DNA from: a virus
Lineage: Duplodnaviria > Caudoviricetes
Strand: one strand, 5' to 3'
DNA: 64,000 bases
Virus record (IMG/VR): IMGVR_UViG_3300032038_000018
Span: 64,377-128,376 of that record
Within the stretch, counting starts at the first letter, position 1, and every line of letters begins with the position of its first letter. The notes below the pieces were generated by a model, which was not told the origin of the DNA, did no database searches, and worked only from the letters and a program-made list of their open reading frames with translations. This document shows, piece by piece, positions 20,978 through 30,770 of this stretch. Position numbers and translations under genes: made by a program.

Positions 20978-22033
20978 TCAGCTCTCGAATTCGAAACGAA
21001 CTCCAGCAGGTGTAGTGTTGGTGCTACCTGAAGAATATGTAGCATCTGCTGTAGATGTTTCTTTATCAAGCTCAAGGTTATAGTTAAGATCATTCTCGTC
21101 ATCGATAGTAGAATGCTGATAGCCATGCATCTTCCAAAGAGGATCGAAGTTGAGGTAGTTGTACTCAAGCTGGTCTTTGATGAGATAGTGTATAGCAAGG
21201 TCATTGATATACCTAGACTCATACTTCATAACAGCAAAGTCAACTGTCATTTCAACAGGAGATCTATCACCACTAGAATAGTTGAGATGATCTTTCTTTA
21301 CGCTCTTGGGGAATGCGTGAGCAAACATACAAGCGTACTCAATATAGTGCGCAGTGGGATCCAGATCATAGTATACGAACTCAGCAGTATGGTTCTTTTC
21401 ACCATAAGGAACCCAGATTTTACCTGCGTCATTATTATAGTCATTATTATAGTTACCCATTGCTGTATATCTGGGCGTCGCGTTTGTATCGTTTGTGCCA
21501 TTGGAATTCCTAGAGTATATTGTATTCTGAGGAGTCTCAACTACACCATGATAGTGAGCAACACCTGAACGAGGGTCTCTAACACCAGTTACCCATAATT
21601 CAAGGAACTCACGAACAGGGGAACCAGTTTGCTCATAGATACCGATCTGTATCTGATCTGTATCATCGGTTACAGAGCTGATGACCTCATAGTTTTGGTT
21701 AGCCCAACCACCAGAGATCTGCTCAGAGTTAACCGACATATCGTTTATACCAGAGATAGACTTATAGCCTGTCTCAATGTAAGACTTGAAGTTGTCAGTT
21801 TCCTGGGGGAATGCTATCTGCATGAAGTAAGGTTCTTTATGCATAAACATTCTGGTTATACCGGGTATATACGGGGTAAGCTGATCAAGATTCTGATCAG
21901 TAACGTCTATGCCAGATATGAAATATGAAAGCCTTCTATAGTCTTTCGTATTCTTTTTCATATAGCTCTTAGGAGTACCGGCTTCAGAAGCATGTTCAAC
22001 TGAAGATTGCATAGAATTACCAAGTCCAGCCAT
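20978..22033 (-). CDS. Putative tail tube protein
   Basis: Directly downstream of the sheath gene; highly expressed codon bias; tube-like AFPKSV...LNYSSG...MTVDF C-terminus. Confidence 0.65.
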   Translation of the reverse strand: MAGLGNSMQSSVEHASEAGTPKSYMKKNTKDYRRLSYFISGIDVTDQNLDQLTPYIPGITRMFMHKEPYFMQIAFPQETDNFKSYIETGYKSISGINDMSVNSEQISGGWANQNYEVISSVTDDTDQIQIGIYEQTGSPVREFLELWVTGVRDPRSGVAHYHGVVETPQNTIYSRNSNGTNDTNATPRYTAMGNYNNDYNNDAGKIWVPYGEKNHTAEFVYYDLDPTAHYIEYACMFAHAFPKSVKKDHLNYSSGDRSPVEMTVDFAVMKYESRYINDLAIHYLIKDQLEYNYLNFDPLWKMHGYQHSTIDDENDLNYNLELDKETSTADATYSSGSTNTTPAGVRFEFES

Positions 22034-22053
22034 AATTAGTTCCTCCTTTCATA

Positions 22054-24813
22054 TTAGTCTATATTTCTGTTAACATCAATGTCAACCATAACAATCTTAA
22101 CAAGATTCTTATGAACTACAGAGATGTACAGATGGAGAATGCCGTATTCAGCTTCTTCAGAAGTTCTAGTGAAGTTTGCAGATATTGACTTAACCTGTGC
22201 AGCCGCATATTTGGGAAGTACAGAGTTAGACAGTATCGTGTTGAACCTCTTAAGATCGCTCATCTCGTTAAACTGATATGCAAAGTTCTCGCATACATGC
22301 TCAACATCTTTCTTGATATCAAGTACGATATGAACATTGTTGATCTCAGTGAGATTAGACAGAGTAAATGCATCACCGAGTACAGGATATCTGGTAGACT
22401 GAGTAGCACGAATTACATCGCCTCTGGAATTAACCTGAGCGTAGTTAACATGCTCTTCAATGAGTCTATCCATATGCATAGAGTCGAGACCCTCATCCAT
22501 AAGCGGAAATACCGACCTAGGAAGATAAGAATCGATTACAGCATACAGAGATCCAGCATAAGGAATATGCTTACCTGCATTTTCTCTCCAGTGCTGAACG
22601 AGATGTCTAGCTAAGTTATAAGTAGAAGTAACTTCTACTATCTTGTAGTTGTAGGGATCTTTGATTCTACCATAGTAAGCATCAATAGAGAAGTACCAGT
22701 ACTTCTTATAGTCGTTACCATTAGTAGCTTCATCGAATGCCTGAACCCATGTATATGCGTCAACCTTAGATACAAGAGTCTCACTTGTACCAGCATCAAG
22801 ATATACTACAAATTCCTCACTACGATGGTTATTTGCCCAGTTGCAAATAGCTATCTTAGTTTCATAAGAATAGTTAGCATCTAAGAAGAAGTCTATCTCA
22901 GTCTTGTTCTTAGAGAGTATATCAGGATAAGGATAATCAGCAGTTACAGTATCAGGTGTAGCAGATATACGATCATCTAAAGTAGGTATCTCTATAACAG
23001 AACCATGCTTAGAAACTACAGTATATCTATCTGCAGAATCGGCAGTCATAAGAGGATCAATAGGATTGCCGTCTACATCTTTAATCATAAGGTCAAGCAG
23101 GAAGTTGTTATTCTCATCGAAGTAAAGAGTAACATCCTTAACCTTTCTTGTCTTAGTGATGGTCTTAACAGTTGTATCTTCTACCCAACTATATGTAACA
23201 GGGTCACCCGCAACAGATACACACTTATAGTAAGTATTGTTAGTGTATATAGGAGCCTCAGTTGTGGTAGAACCGGTATAATGAACAGTGATACCAAGAT
23301 TGCTAGCAGAAGCGGTTGCCATTGTGGTAACATCTTCAATTCTCTTGTTATCAGCAGTAACTACTTCAGGAACACCATTGAACACAATAGTGTTGATGTA
23401 GCTATAATATGCGGATCTAACAACGGATTCACCCTGGAAGATCCTTGTATATGCAGCATCAGAAGCAGCCTTTATCTGTTCAGCGCTAGTAGCTTTACCA
23501 CCATTGTCAATCATTGCAAAAGCACCATCGTTACCGCTCTCAAGAGAAGTACCGATAATGGAGCTAAAGCTGAAGTAAGTAGCATCCTGTGTTCCTTCTT
23601 CTGCAGCAGAAACAGCATATGTAGGATAGTAGCCATGACCATAAGCCTTAAGCTGTTCGTATGTTGTTACGCCTTCAGGAAGAGGATCAGGTAAATTATC
23701 AGGAGCTATAGCTGTATTACAAATGATGTAACCAGTCATAGTCTTGTCAGTGGTAACAACTCTGGAAGCTACCTTCCTCTTATCATGACCAAGAAGAGGA
23801 TCGAACTCATCATAAGAGATATAACCGGGATTTACTCTCTGGTTAAACTCATTATAAAGAAGCTTGATTGCATCTTCATTGAAGTCTACTCTAAGAACAG
23901 AAGAAGCATTACCGTCATTGTCATCATCATTAACAACGTTAGGAATGTACTTAGATACATTTCTTACAATACCGTTAGAAGAAACGGTAACAGCAAACTT
24001 CTCTATTAAGCTAGAACCCTCATAGATCTGGAACCAATAATTCTTGAAGTTATTGGACTTATCTCTATTAGGATCGGAAGTAATAGAAAAGCTGATTGAG
24101 TTACCATAGTGGCCCTTACCAAGAGCTGCTATAGACATAACTCTAACTTCTTTCCAGTCATCAAGACCGCCTGCAGCCTGAGTAGGAACTGTAGGAATTA
24201 CTCTATAAGGGACAACTTCACCGTCAACTGTAACAGTTGCAGGAGCGAGAGAATAAGTTTCAGTTTCACCAGTGCCATCAACAATCTTGTTGATAAGATT
24301 GTTTGCATACTTTTCGTCTGCAACAAGATCAGCAACATTCTTGATAGTATCATCAGTCTTAGCAACGAAGTATACATCAATCTCGCCAGGTACTATTGCA
24401 CCAGCTTTATATGTAACACCGTCAGGACCAACATGATCGTCTGCAGGAGAAATATAATAATCTCTAACTCTATATCTAGCAAAAATATGAAGGTTTGCTA
24501 CTACTGCATCATCTGCAGTGGCACGCAAACAATACATAGTGACATTGTTAGATAAAGCCATTGTACGTGCATTCAGTAAAGGCTGCCCGTATTGCGCTAC
24601 AGAACCATTGCCATAAAGATCATCAAACTGCTCGATACCGGTTACTTTACGAATACCATCAGGACCCTTGGGAGACCTAAATACGCATAAAGTTTTACCG
24701 TACTCGGTACCAGTTTGTATATATCTACGCAATGTATTGTCATTTATGTTAACTTCCACGTGCGGATACTGATGCGCGGGAAGATTAACCGACGTTATGG
24801 TTGCAATAGGCAT
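22054..24813 (-). CDS. Contractile tail sheath protein
   Basis: FDDLYG near the N-terminus, ALGKGHYGNSISFSI, C-terminal LTEINNVHIVLDIKK...FAYQFN; 919 aa; highly expressed codon bias. Confidence 0.8.
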   Translation of the reverse strand: MPIATITSVNLPAHQYPHVEVNINDNTLRRYIQTGTEYGKTLCVFRSPKGPDGIRKVTGIEQFDDLYGNGSVAQYGQPLLNARTMALSNNVTMYCLRATADDAVVANLHIFARYRVRDYYISPADDHVGPDGVTYKAGAIVPGEIDVYFVAKTDDTIKNVADLVADEKYANNLINKIVDGTGETETYSLAPATVTVDGEVVPYRVIPTVPTQAAGGLDDWKEVRVMSIAALGKGHYGNSISFSITSDPNRDKSNNFKNYWFQIYEGSSLIEKFAVTVSSNGIVRNVSKYIPNVVNDDDNDGNASSVLRVDFNEDAIKLLYNEFNQRVNPGYISYDEFDPLLGHDKRKVASRVVTTDKTMTGYIICNTAIAPDNLPDPLPEGVTTYEQLKAYGHGYYPTYAVSAAEEGTQDATYFSFSSIIGTSLESGNDGAFAMIDNGGKATSAEQIKAASDAAYTRIFQGESVVRSAYYSYINTIVFNGVPEVVTADNKRIEDVTTMATASASNLGITVHYTGSTTTEAPIYTNNTYYKCVSVAGDPVTYSWVEDTTVKTITKTRKVKDVTLYFDENNNFLLDLMIKDVDGNPIDPLMTADSADRYTVVSKHGSVIEIPTLDDRISATPDTVTADYPYPDILSKNKTEIDFFLDANYSYETKIAICNWANNHRSEEFVVYLDAGTSETLVSKVDAYTWVQAFDEATNGNDYKKYWYFSIDAYYGRIKDPYNYKIVEVTSTYNLARHLVQHWRENAGKHIPYAGSLYAVIDSYLPRSVFPLMDEGLDSMHMDRLIEEHVNYAQVNSRGDVIRATQSTRYPVLGDAFTLSNLTEINNVHIVLDIKKDVEHVCENFAYQFNEMSDLKRFNTILSNSVLPKYAAAQVKSISANFTRTSEEAEYGILHLYISVVHKNLVKIVMVDIDVNRNID

Positions 24814-24865
24814 ACGCTTTTTCCTCCTTTATATAAATTATATTAATCTTTTGATTATAATAATC

Positions 24866-24879
24866 ATTAATTAAATGTT
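24866..24879 (-). promoter_or_regulatory. Putative late promoter AACA-N6-TAAT
   Basis: Recurrent motif upstream of the sheath gene. Confidence 0.6.
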
Positions 24880-24884
24880 ACTTT

Positions 24885-25652
24885 TTAGAGATATAGCACT
24901 TTCTCTATAGGAGAGGCTTCCTGATCTAATCCACGTCTTGTAATGTTAACTGCATTACCTAACATTCGACCCATATGCTCAAATGTTTGATTAGCAAATA
25001 CAGACGAAGATGCAACAGAACCTCTTATGTTTGTAGTATAGTAATCATTGCTCTTCATATCTTTACCATACTCAAATCTAAACTGTTGGTCTATATTAGA
25101 TCTCCTCTTATACAGAGATGCTATAATGTATTGCATTACTACATACATTACTCTAGGATCAAAGTCATTGATTTCGACATTTTTTACCCATGCTGTATAT
25201 ACATCCTCATATTTTACAGTAGGCGGGATTTTACCTTTATTAATTAAATCAAGAAATTTAGTACAGTTATCTATATCTTTCTTGATCTTCGCATCCATCA
25301 TGATATCTCCACGGTTATACTCTAATACTCTATACTTCTCAGGAGTATCCTCATTATTGAGATTGAGAGTTGTATCATATGTATTAGACGGATATGTCTC
25401 TATCATATTAGGATACATAAATGTTTTTAATGGAGATGATTCTATAGTCTTAGATGCATCATCACCATTAGCATATCTGATATTAAATATACCAACTAAT
25501 TTAAATCCATCACCAAAAGAAGAAGCAACGGCAGAGTGTACTATATCTATAGAGACTCTATCATCATCAAATAGATCTTTAGGTATATAAGCTCTTAATA
25601 GATCAACATTGACTATGATTTTACCATCTTTCTTTATAAATTCGTTAGCCAT
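24885..25652 (-). CDS. Putative RNA polymerase beta-prime extreme C-terminal fragment
   Basis: SSVFANQTFEHMGRMLGNAV...SPIEKVL and VMQYIIASLYK resemble bacterial beta-prime blocks SFISAASFQETTRVLTEAA...LKENVI and HIEVIVRQM. Confidence 0.45.
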   Translation of the reverse strand: MANEFIKKDGKIIVNVDLLRAYIPKDLFDDDRVSIDIVHSAVASSFGDGFKLVGIFNIRYANGDDASKTIESSPLKTFMYPNMIETYPSNTYDTTLNLNNEDTPEKYRVLEYNRGDIMMDAKIKKDIDNCTKFLDLINKGKIPPTVKYEDVYTAWVKNVEINDFDPRVMYVVMQYIIASLYKRRSNIDQQFRFEYGKDMKSNDYYTTNIRGSVASSSVFANQTFEHMGRMLGNAVNITRRGLDQEASPIEKVLYL

Positions 25653-25719
25653 AACGATATTCACTTCCATTCATATGAAATAATATCCATATAACCCTAT
25701 ATAGAGGGTAATATGGATA

Positions 25720-26226
25720 TTATTTTGTGTAAATATATTGTTTTATCTTAGTATGACCATCTCTACTGGTAAATTCTTTACGCAGTGAGAATCCAAACTT
25801 AATAGCTAATGCAATAGATGATTTATTTGTATCTACCACATTCCAGTATATAGTTTGATATTTTTTGTCTCTCTTAACTATAGCAAGTATATGTGACAAT
25901 ATTTTCTTAGCAATTCCACGATGTCTATATTCAGGATGTACTCCAAAATCTAATTCGCATTCAGATGTATACTTTTTAGTATCCGTATCATATGCTCTCA
26001 TTACACATGCATATGCAACAGGAGTATTATCTATTAACATAGTTACTATAATACCAAAATCGTCATGTATAAATTTAGTAGCAAAATCTCCTTCAGGATT
26101 ATATAGATAATCATTTGAATTTGATTTAAAGCTACCTGCATTTACATAGTATCTATCTTGTTTATTAAATGATGAATAGACTTCATTTACTGAAGCTATA
26201 TCATTATATACATATTGTATATTCAT
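25720..26226 (-). CDS. GNAT-family N-acetyltransferase
   Basis: VHPEYRHRGIAK acetyl-CoA motif A; NKSSIALAIKFGF motif B. Confidence 0.85.
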   Translation of the reverse strand: MNIQYVYNDIASVNEVYSSFNKQDRYYVNAGSFKSNSNDYLYNPEGDFATKFIHDDFGIIVTMLIDNTPVAYACVMRAYDTDTKKYTSECELDFGVHPEYRHRGIAKKILSHILAIVKRDKKYQTIYWNVVDTNKSSIALAIKFGFSLRKEFTSRDGHTKIKQYIYTK

Positions 26227-26339
26227 TGATTTATCCCCAATTTGGCATCTATTTCATCTTTATATTGTGGATATTTTGCTATTACGTCTTCATATTTGAG
26301 TTTATGCATTTTAATACGCATAACGAGATAATCTACCAT
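26223..26339 (-). CDS. Small tail-module protein (38 aa, not in the ORF track)
   Basis: MVDYLVMRIKMHKLKYEDVIAKYPQYKDEIDAKLGINQ; ATGA overlap with the GNAT gene; resembles small proteins that follow fibre genes in Firmicute phages. Confidence 0.55.
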   Translation of the reverse strand: MVDYLVMRIKMHKLKYEDVIAKYPQYKDEIDAKLGINQ

Positions 26340-26341
26340 AA

Positions 26342-26662
26342 TTATACACCTTCTTCACCATTCATAAGAATAAAGTCAAGTACTTCTTCTATAGCAGTAA
26401 TTCTGTCTGTTATAGTGAATTCATCGCCGACAGTGTAAGTTAAATAATAATCTATATTATTTGCTATTTCTTGCTCAGATATTTCTCCGGTAGGAATATT
26501 GAAATTATTCTCTTCATAGTAATATACGTCATACCGGTCTCCTGTTTCTTCATCTGTAACAGTTTCAGTAGATGTATGCTTACGCACATATATGATAGTA
26601 GTATCGCCTGCTATTGTATAATCATATGAAGGCAATAATGTATTTGATTGTGTTATATACAT
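26342..26662 (-). CDS. Small tail-fibre-associated protein (possible assembly chaperone)
   Basis: Downstream of the DGR-target genes; C-terminal TITDRITAIEEVL coil. Confidence 0.5.
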   Translation of the reverse strand: MYITQSNTLLPSYDYTIAGDTTIIYVRKHTSTETVTDEETGDRYDVYYYEENNFNIPTGEISEQEIANNIDYYLTYTVGDEFTITDRITAIEEVLDFILMNGEEGV

Positions 26663-26735
26663 AGATATCACTTCCATTTATATTTTATAAGGTTTTTCTT
26701 ATGATTTCATATATATTTTCAGAAAGGTGGTTTTT

Positions 26736-26956
26736 AGAAAACTCTACCCCCTCTCCCTCTGCGCACGTGGTCGGTTAAGACCACGTGCGCATTCACCCTC
26801 TCCCCCTGTAAAGATGATTTAGGAAGCCCGAGCCGAGCACACGAAAGCCGCACGAGCGGCGAGGCTCCAGCCCGCGAACGAAAGGGTAGAGTTCGCATGA
26901 GAACAAAACGAGCCAGCGAAGCCGCCGGTGAGCAAGTAGCCAAACAACAGCACCTC
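26736..26956 (-). repeat. DGR variable region 1 plus downstream homing/hairpin cassette
   Basis: 221-bp GC-rich block repeated at 28783-29003; coding differences fall mostly at codon positions 1 and 2; no A at codon position 3; 13-bp stem hairpin at 26760-26791. Confidence 0.85.
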
Positions 26957-28720
26957 ATAAAGTCCACTCGTTTGGTCTCCACGATAGTAAACCGCGTCGC
27001 ATAATCCCGTAGTTGCACTTCCACCATCACAGTCTATGGTATAACCACCATTATTTAAATCATAATGTATATCTTTACCATGTTTCCAAGTAACGCCTGC
27101 CGTAGTATGAGTGAGATATCCTATATCAGTATAATCACTTGATATTGTAGCTGTAGTTTTAGTAACTGCCTTTAAGTCATTTTGTATTAATACATGTGCA
27201 TTTGTATTACTATCATAACTATACACTGCATTGCCACATACTTCAAGTGTACCTGAAAAAAGTTCTATGCCACTCATTACACTTGGGAATCTGCTATTAA
27301 CAGCAAAATTACCAACTTCATAAGTACCGTCTTTGCCAAGTATATCAAGAGAATATCCGGTTTTATATATAGAAGTTTGTACACTACAAGTTGTATCTAC
27401 TGTAACATTGCTATCTATGTATACAAGACTATATGTAGTCTCACCACTAGCACTATATCCTATAACATTACTATTGCCATCATATGCATATAGCGTATAA
27501 GTAGAGCCAGTAATATCCAATACAAGATTTATGTCAACATCGCTAGTTTCAGATGTATTAGGATCTGTATATGTAAATTGTATACTAATATTATTATCAT
27601 CTAAATCTACTGCATTACCAGTATTAGATATCTTCTTGCACAATATATCAAAATCTGTACTACTAGATATACTATAATCTGTATTAGATATGGTAAATCC
27701 AGTCTTTACATTCTTAAATAATACGATATCATTAGATTTATTTGTAATAGTTGCATTGGAAGCTATATTCATGGATCTTTGATATTGTCTATCAGACTCT
27801 GGATTACCTATATCGATTCTAGTATCTACATATAATTTATTTGCATCTGTAGTTGTAAGCACTACATAATTCTTATTAGTAGTGGCAGTCTGTATATACA
27901 GTCTATTATAATAATAAGAAATTAATCCATTCAAATTATTTGCAAAGTTTGTATGGCCGTATTTCATCATGAATATACGCTGTATCATAGCAGCCTGACC
28001 CATTGTTATAGATGTCATGTTTTCATTTCTAGCATGATACTTATCTACACATGTATTATACGAGGGACCGGTTACTGTGGTAAATGCTTGATGCACCCAC
28101 GGATATTCACCAGCACTACTATAAGGAGCGCCATCTATCCATACAGATGGGAATTTAGTTATTGTATAAAATCCCTGGTCTTTACCATTTATATCTTTGC
28201 ATAAATTATTTAACGTAAATCCGTCTCTGGGAGTATCTGTCCACTCTATGCACAAATAGTCTGTTCCATTTACGGTTTCTTTATATACCCTCTCATATAC
28301 TGAAGCGAATAAGCATACTACGTCTACTTTGCCATAGTAACTAAATCCGGGTTCACCAACTATTGCATCTATTACTATATTGCCATCATCGCCATAGTGT
28401 ACATTAGCATCTATAGATCTAAATACATTTATATTGGCATAATCATCTCTGCCAGCTACAGTACGTGTAGAAGGTTCTACTACTAAACCTTCATTAGCAC
28501 CATATTTAGTACCGGCGGGGACGATTACTCCAGCACTAGTGTAAGCGAATTTTACTCCATATATTTTTTCGTCTCTATTTGCTGCAAAATATAATTTCAG
28601 AAATTCAGATTTATTTTTAAATGGTAATTTATTTATTTTATTTAATTCTCTCTGTTTAGCTTTATCATTATAATATGATAATAAAGATGAATTAATTAGA
28701 GATTTATATTCATTTGCCAT
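26819..28720 (-). CDS. DGR target protein 1 (putative receptor-binding tail protein with CLec-like C-terminus)
   Basis: GIELFSGTLEVC block and C-terminal EVLLFGYLLTGGFAGSFCSHANSTLSFAGWSLAAR; paralogue of 28866-30770. Confidence 0.8.
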   Translation of the reverse strand: MANEYKSLINSSLLSYYNDKAKQRELNKINKLPFKNKSEFLKLYFAANRDEKIYGVKFAYTSAGVIVPAGTKYGANEGLVVEPSTRTVAGRDDYANINVFRSIDANVHYGDDGNIVIDAIVGEPGFSYYGKVDVVCLFASVYERVYKETVNGTDYLCIEWTDTPRDGFTLNNLCKDINGKDQGFYTITKFPSVWIDGAPYSSAGEYPWVHQAFTTVTGPSYNTCVDKYHARNENMTSITMGQAAMIQRIFMMKYGHTNFANNLNGLISYYYNRLYIQTATTNKNYVVLTTTDANKLYVDTRIDIGNPESDRQYQRSMNIASNATITNKSNDIVLFKNVKTGFTISNTDYSISSSTDFDILCKKISNTGNAVDLDDNNISIQFTYTDPNTSETSDVDINLVLDITGSTYTLYAYDGNSNVIGYSASGETTYSLVYIDSNVTVDTTCSVQTSIYKTGYSLDILGKDGTYEVGNFAVNSRFPSVMSGIELFSGTLEVCGNAVYSYDSNTNAHVLIQNDLKAVTKTTATISSDYTDIGYLTHTTAGVTWKHGKDIHYDLNNGGYTIDCDGGSATTGLCDAVYYRGDQTSGLYEVLLFGYLLTGGFAGSFCSHANSTLSFAGWSLAARAAFVCSARAS

Positions 28721-28782
28721 TATAAAACACCTCAATGAGAAATATATTTCAAGAAAGAGGTGGAGTGTTTATTTTCAGATTC

Positions 28783-29003
28783 AGAAAACTCTACCCCCTC
28801 TCCCTCTGCGCATGTGGGCTCAACCGCCCACATGCGCATTCACCCTCTCCCCCTGTAAAGATGATTTAGGAAGCCCGAGCCGAGCAAACGAAAGCCGCGC
28901 GAGCGGCGAAGTACCAGGCCGCGGTCGAAAGGGCAATGTTCGCAAGAGAACAAAACGGGCCAGCGGTGCCGCCGGTGCCCAAGGAGCCAAACAACAGCAC
29001 CTC
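28783..29003 (-). repeat. DGR variable region 2 plus downstream homing/hairpin cassette
   Basis: Second copy of the 221-bp block; hairpin at 28807-28838 with compensatory stem changes. Confidence 0.85.
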
Positions 29004-30770
29004 GTAGAAACCTGATTTCTGATCTCCAAGATAGTAAACACCATCACAGAACCCTGTAGTTGTAGATGCACCATCACAGTTATATAATAGACCACCTAAT
29101 GCTAAGTTATAATGCACGTCTCTTACATACTTCCAACTAGTTCCACTCGTAGTATGACTATGATATCCTGTATCTGTGTATTCTGCTGTGATTGTATTCG
29201 TGGTTTTAGTGATTGCTCTTAAATCATTTTGTAATAAGATATGAACCATAGTGTTACTATCATAATTATAAACTGCATTACCACATACTTCGTTTGTGCC
29301 ACACATCAGTTCTATGCCACTTATTACACTAGGATTCCTCAAACTTGTATTAAATGCTCCGTTAATATAAGAACCATCTTTACCAAGTATTCCGAGAGAA
29401 TATCCTGTATTATAACACGCACTGGTCTGAACACTGCATGTTGTATCTGCAGTTATCGGTCTGTCAAAGTATACTGCAGTATAAGTAGTTTCTCCACTAG
29501 CACTATATCCTATTACATTATTACTGCCATCATATGCATATAGAGTATAAACTCCACCAGTTATGTCAAGTACTAAGTTTATATCTACTGTACTTTCTTC
29601 AGATGTATTGGGATCGGTATATATAAACTGCATTGTGTTATTATCGTCATCTAAATCTACAGCATCTCCAGTAGATGCTAGTTTCTTACATAAGATATCA
29701 AATTCAGATTCACTAGCTATGGTATAATTAGTATCGGATATAGTAAATCCAGCTTTTACATTTTTAAATAAAACTATATCATTAGTTTTACCGGTCACAT
29801 ACAAATTTTGGGCTACACTGAATTGTCTATACGATTGTCTAGCAGACGTCGGATCACCAACATCTATCTGTGTATCAGCATATAACTTATTGGCATCTGT
29901 AGTAGTAAGCACTACATAATTTTTATTTGTAACAGCAGTCTGTAAATACAGCAATACTTGATAATACGAGGATAGACCATTCAATTTCGTTTGATAGTTT
30001 GTATGGCCATATTTCATCATAAATATACGTTGTATCGTAGCTAACTGACCAATAGTCATAGCAGACATATTTTCATTTCTAGCATGATATCTGTCAACAC
30101 AGTTGTTATATGACGGACCAGCTACTCCAGATATATGACCATTTACCCATGGATATCTACCAGCACTACTATAAGGAGCTCCATCTATCCATACAGATGG
30201 GAATTTAGTTATTGTATAAAATCCTTGATTTTTTCCATCTATTCCTTTACATAATATATTTAATGTAAACCCATCTCTGGGAGTATCAGTCCATTCTATA
30301 CATAGCCACTCTACGCCAGATACCGTTTCAGTATATATTTTCTCATATACAGGAGCAAATAAGCATACTACGTCTACTTTACCATAATAGCTAAAACCAT
30401 CTTCACCTTCTAAATAATCTATTACAATACTTCCATCTGATCCATAGTGTACATTAGCATCTATAGATCTAAATACATTTATATTGGCATAATCATCTCT
30501 ACCGGCTACAGTTCTAGTAGATGGTTCTACAACTAGCCCATTATTAGCACCATACTTAACTCCACCACTAGCTTGGATTACGCCATTAGCATCTTTGGGG
30601 AATTTAACCCCATATATTTTTCCGTCTCTATTCATCAGAAACATTTTGGCTAATTGCTCTGATTTGTCTTTTATATATTGACTCTTTATTAAGTCATCTT
30701 CTCTATCTGACTTATTGGAATCGTATCTTTCCAATAAGTCAGTATTTATTAATTTACTATAGTCTGGCAT
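28866..30770 (-). CDS. DGR target protein 2 (putative receptor-binding tail protein with CLec-like C-terminus)
   Basis: C-terminal EVLLFGSLGTGGTAGPFCSLANIALSTAAWYFAAR; paralogue of 26819-28720 along its whole length. Confidence 0.8.
   Translation of the reverse strand: MPDYSKLINTDLLERYDSNKSDREDDLIKSQYIKDKSEQLAKMFLMNRDGKIYGVKFPKDANGVIQASGGVKYGANNGLVVEPSTRTVAGRDDYANINVFRSIDANVHYGSDGSIVIDYLEGEDGFSYYGKVDVVCLFAPVYEKIYTETVSGVEWLCIEWTDTPRDGFTLNILCKGIDGKNQGFYTITKFPSVWIDGAPYSSAGRYPWVNGHISGVAGPSYNNCVDRYHARNENMSAMTIGQLATIQRIFMMKYGHTNYQTKLNGLSSYYQVLLYLQTAVTNKNYVVLTTTDANKLYADTQIDVGDPTSARQSYRQFSVAQNLYVTGKTNDIVLFKNVKAGFTISDTNYTIASESEFDILCKKLASTGDAVDLDDDNNTMQFIYTDPNTSEESTVDINLVLDITGGVYTLYAYDGSNNVIGYSASGETTYTAVYFDRPITADTTCSVQTSACYNTGYSLGILGKDGSYINGAFNTSLRNPSVISGIELMCGTNEVCGNAVYNYDSNTMVHILLQNDLRAITKTTNTITAEYTDTGYHSHTTSGTSWKYVRDVHYNLALGGLLYNCDGASTTTGFCDGVYYLGDQKSGFYEVLLFGSLGTGGTAGPFCSLANIALSTAAWYFAARAAFVCSARAS

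Noticed and set aside
26734-27030. Alternative-frame ORFs over the variable regions (26734-27030, 28820-29095, 28812-29015)
   Set aside because: Likely by-products of A-depleted, GC-rich sequence lacking stop codons; no RBS
28866-29003. One of the two repeat copies being the DGR template repeat
   Set aside because: Both copies are in-frame gene ends, and neither has A at all the differing positions (e.g. CTC/GGC, TCG/CCG, GGC/GCC)
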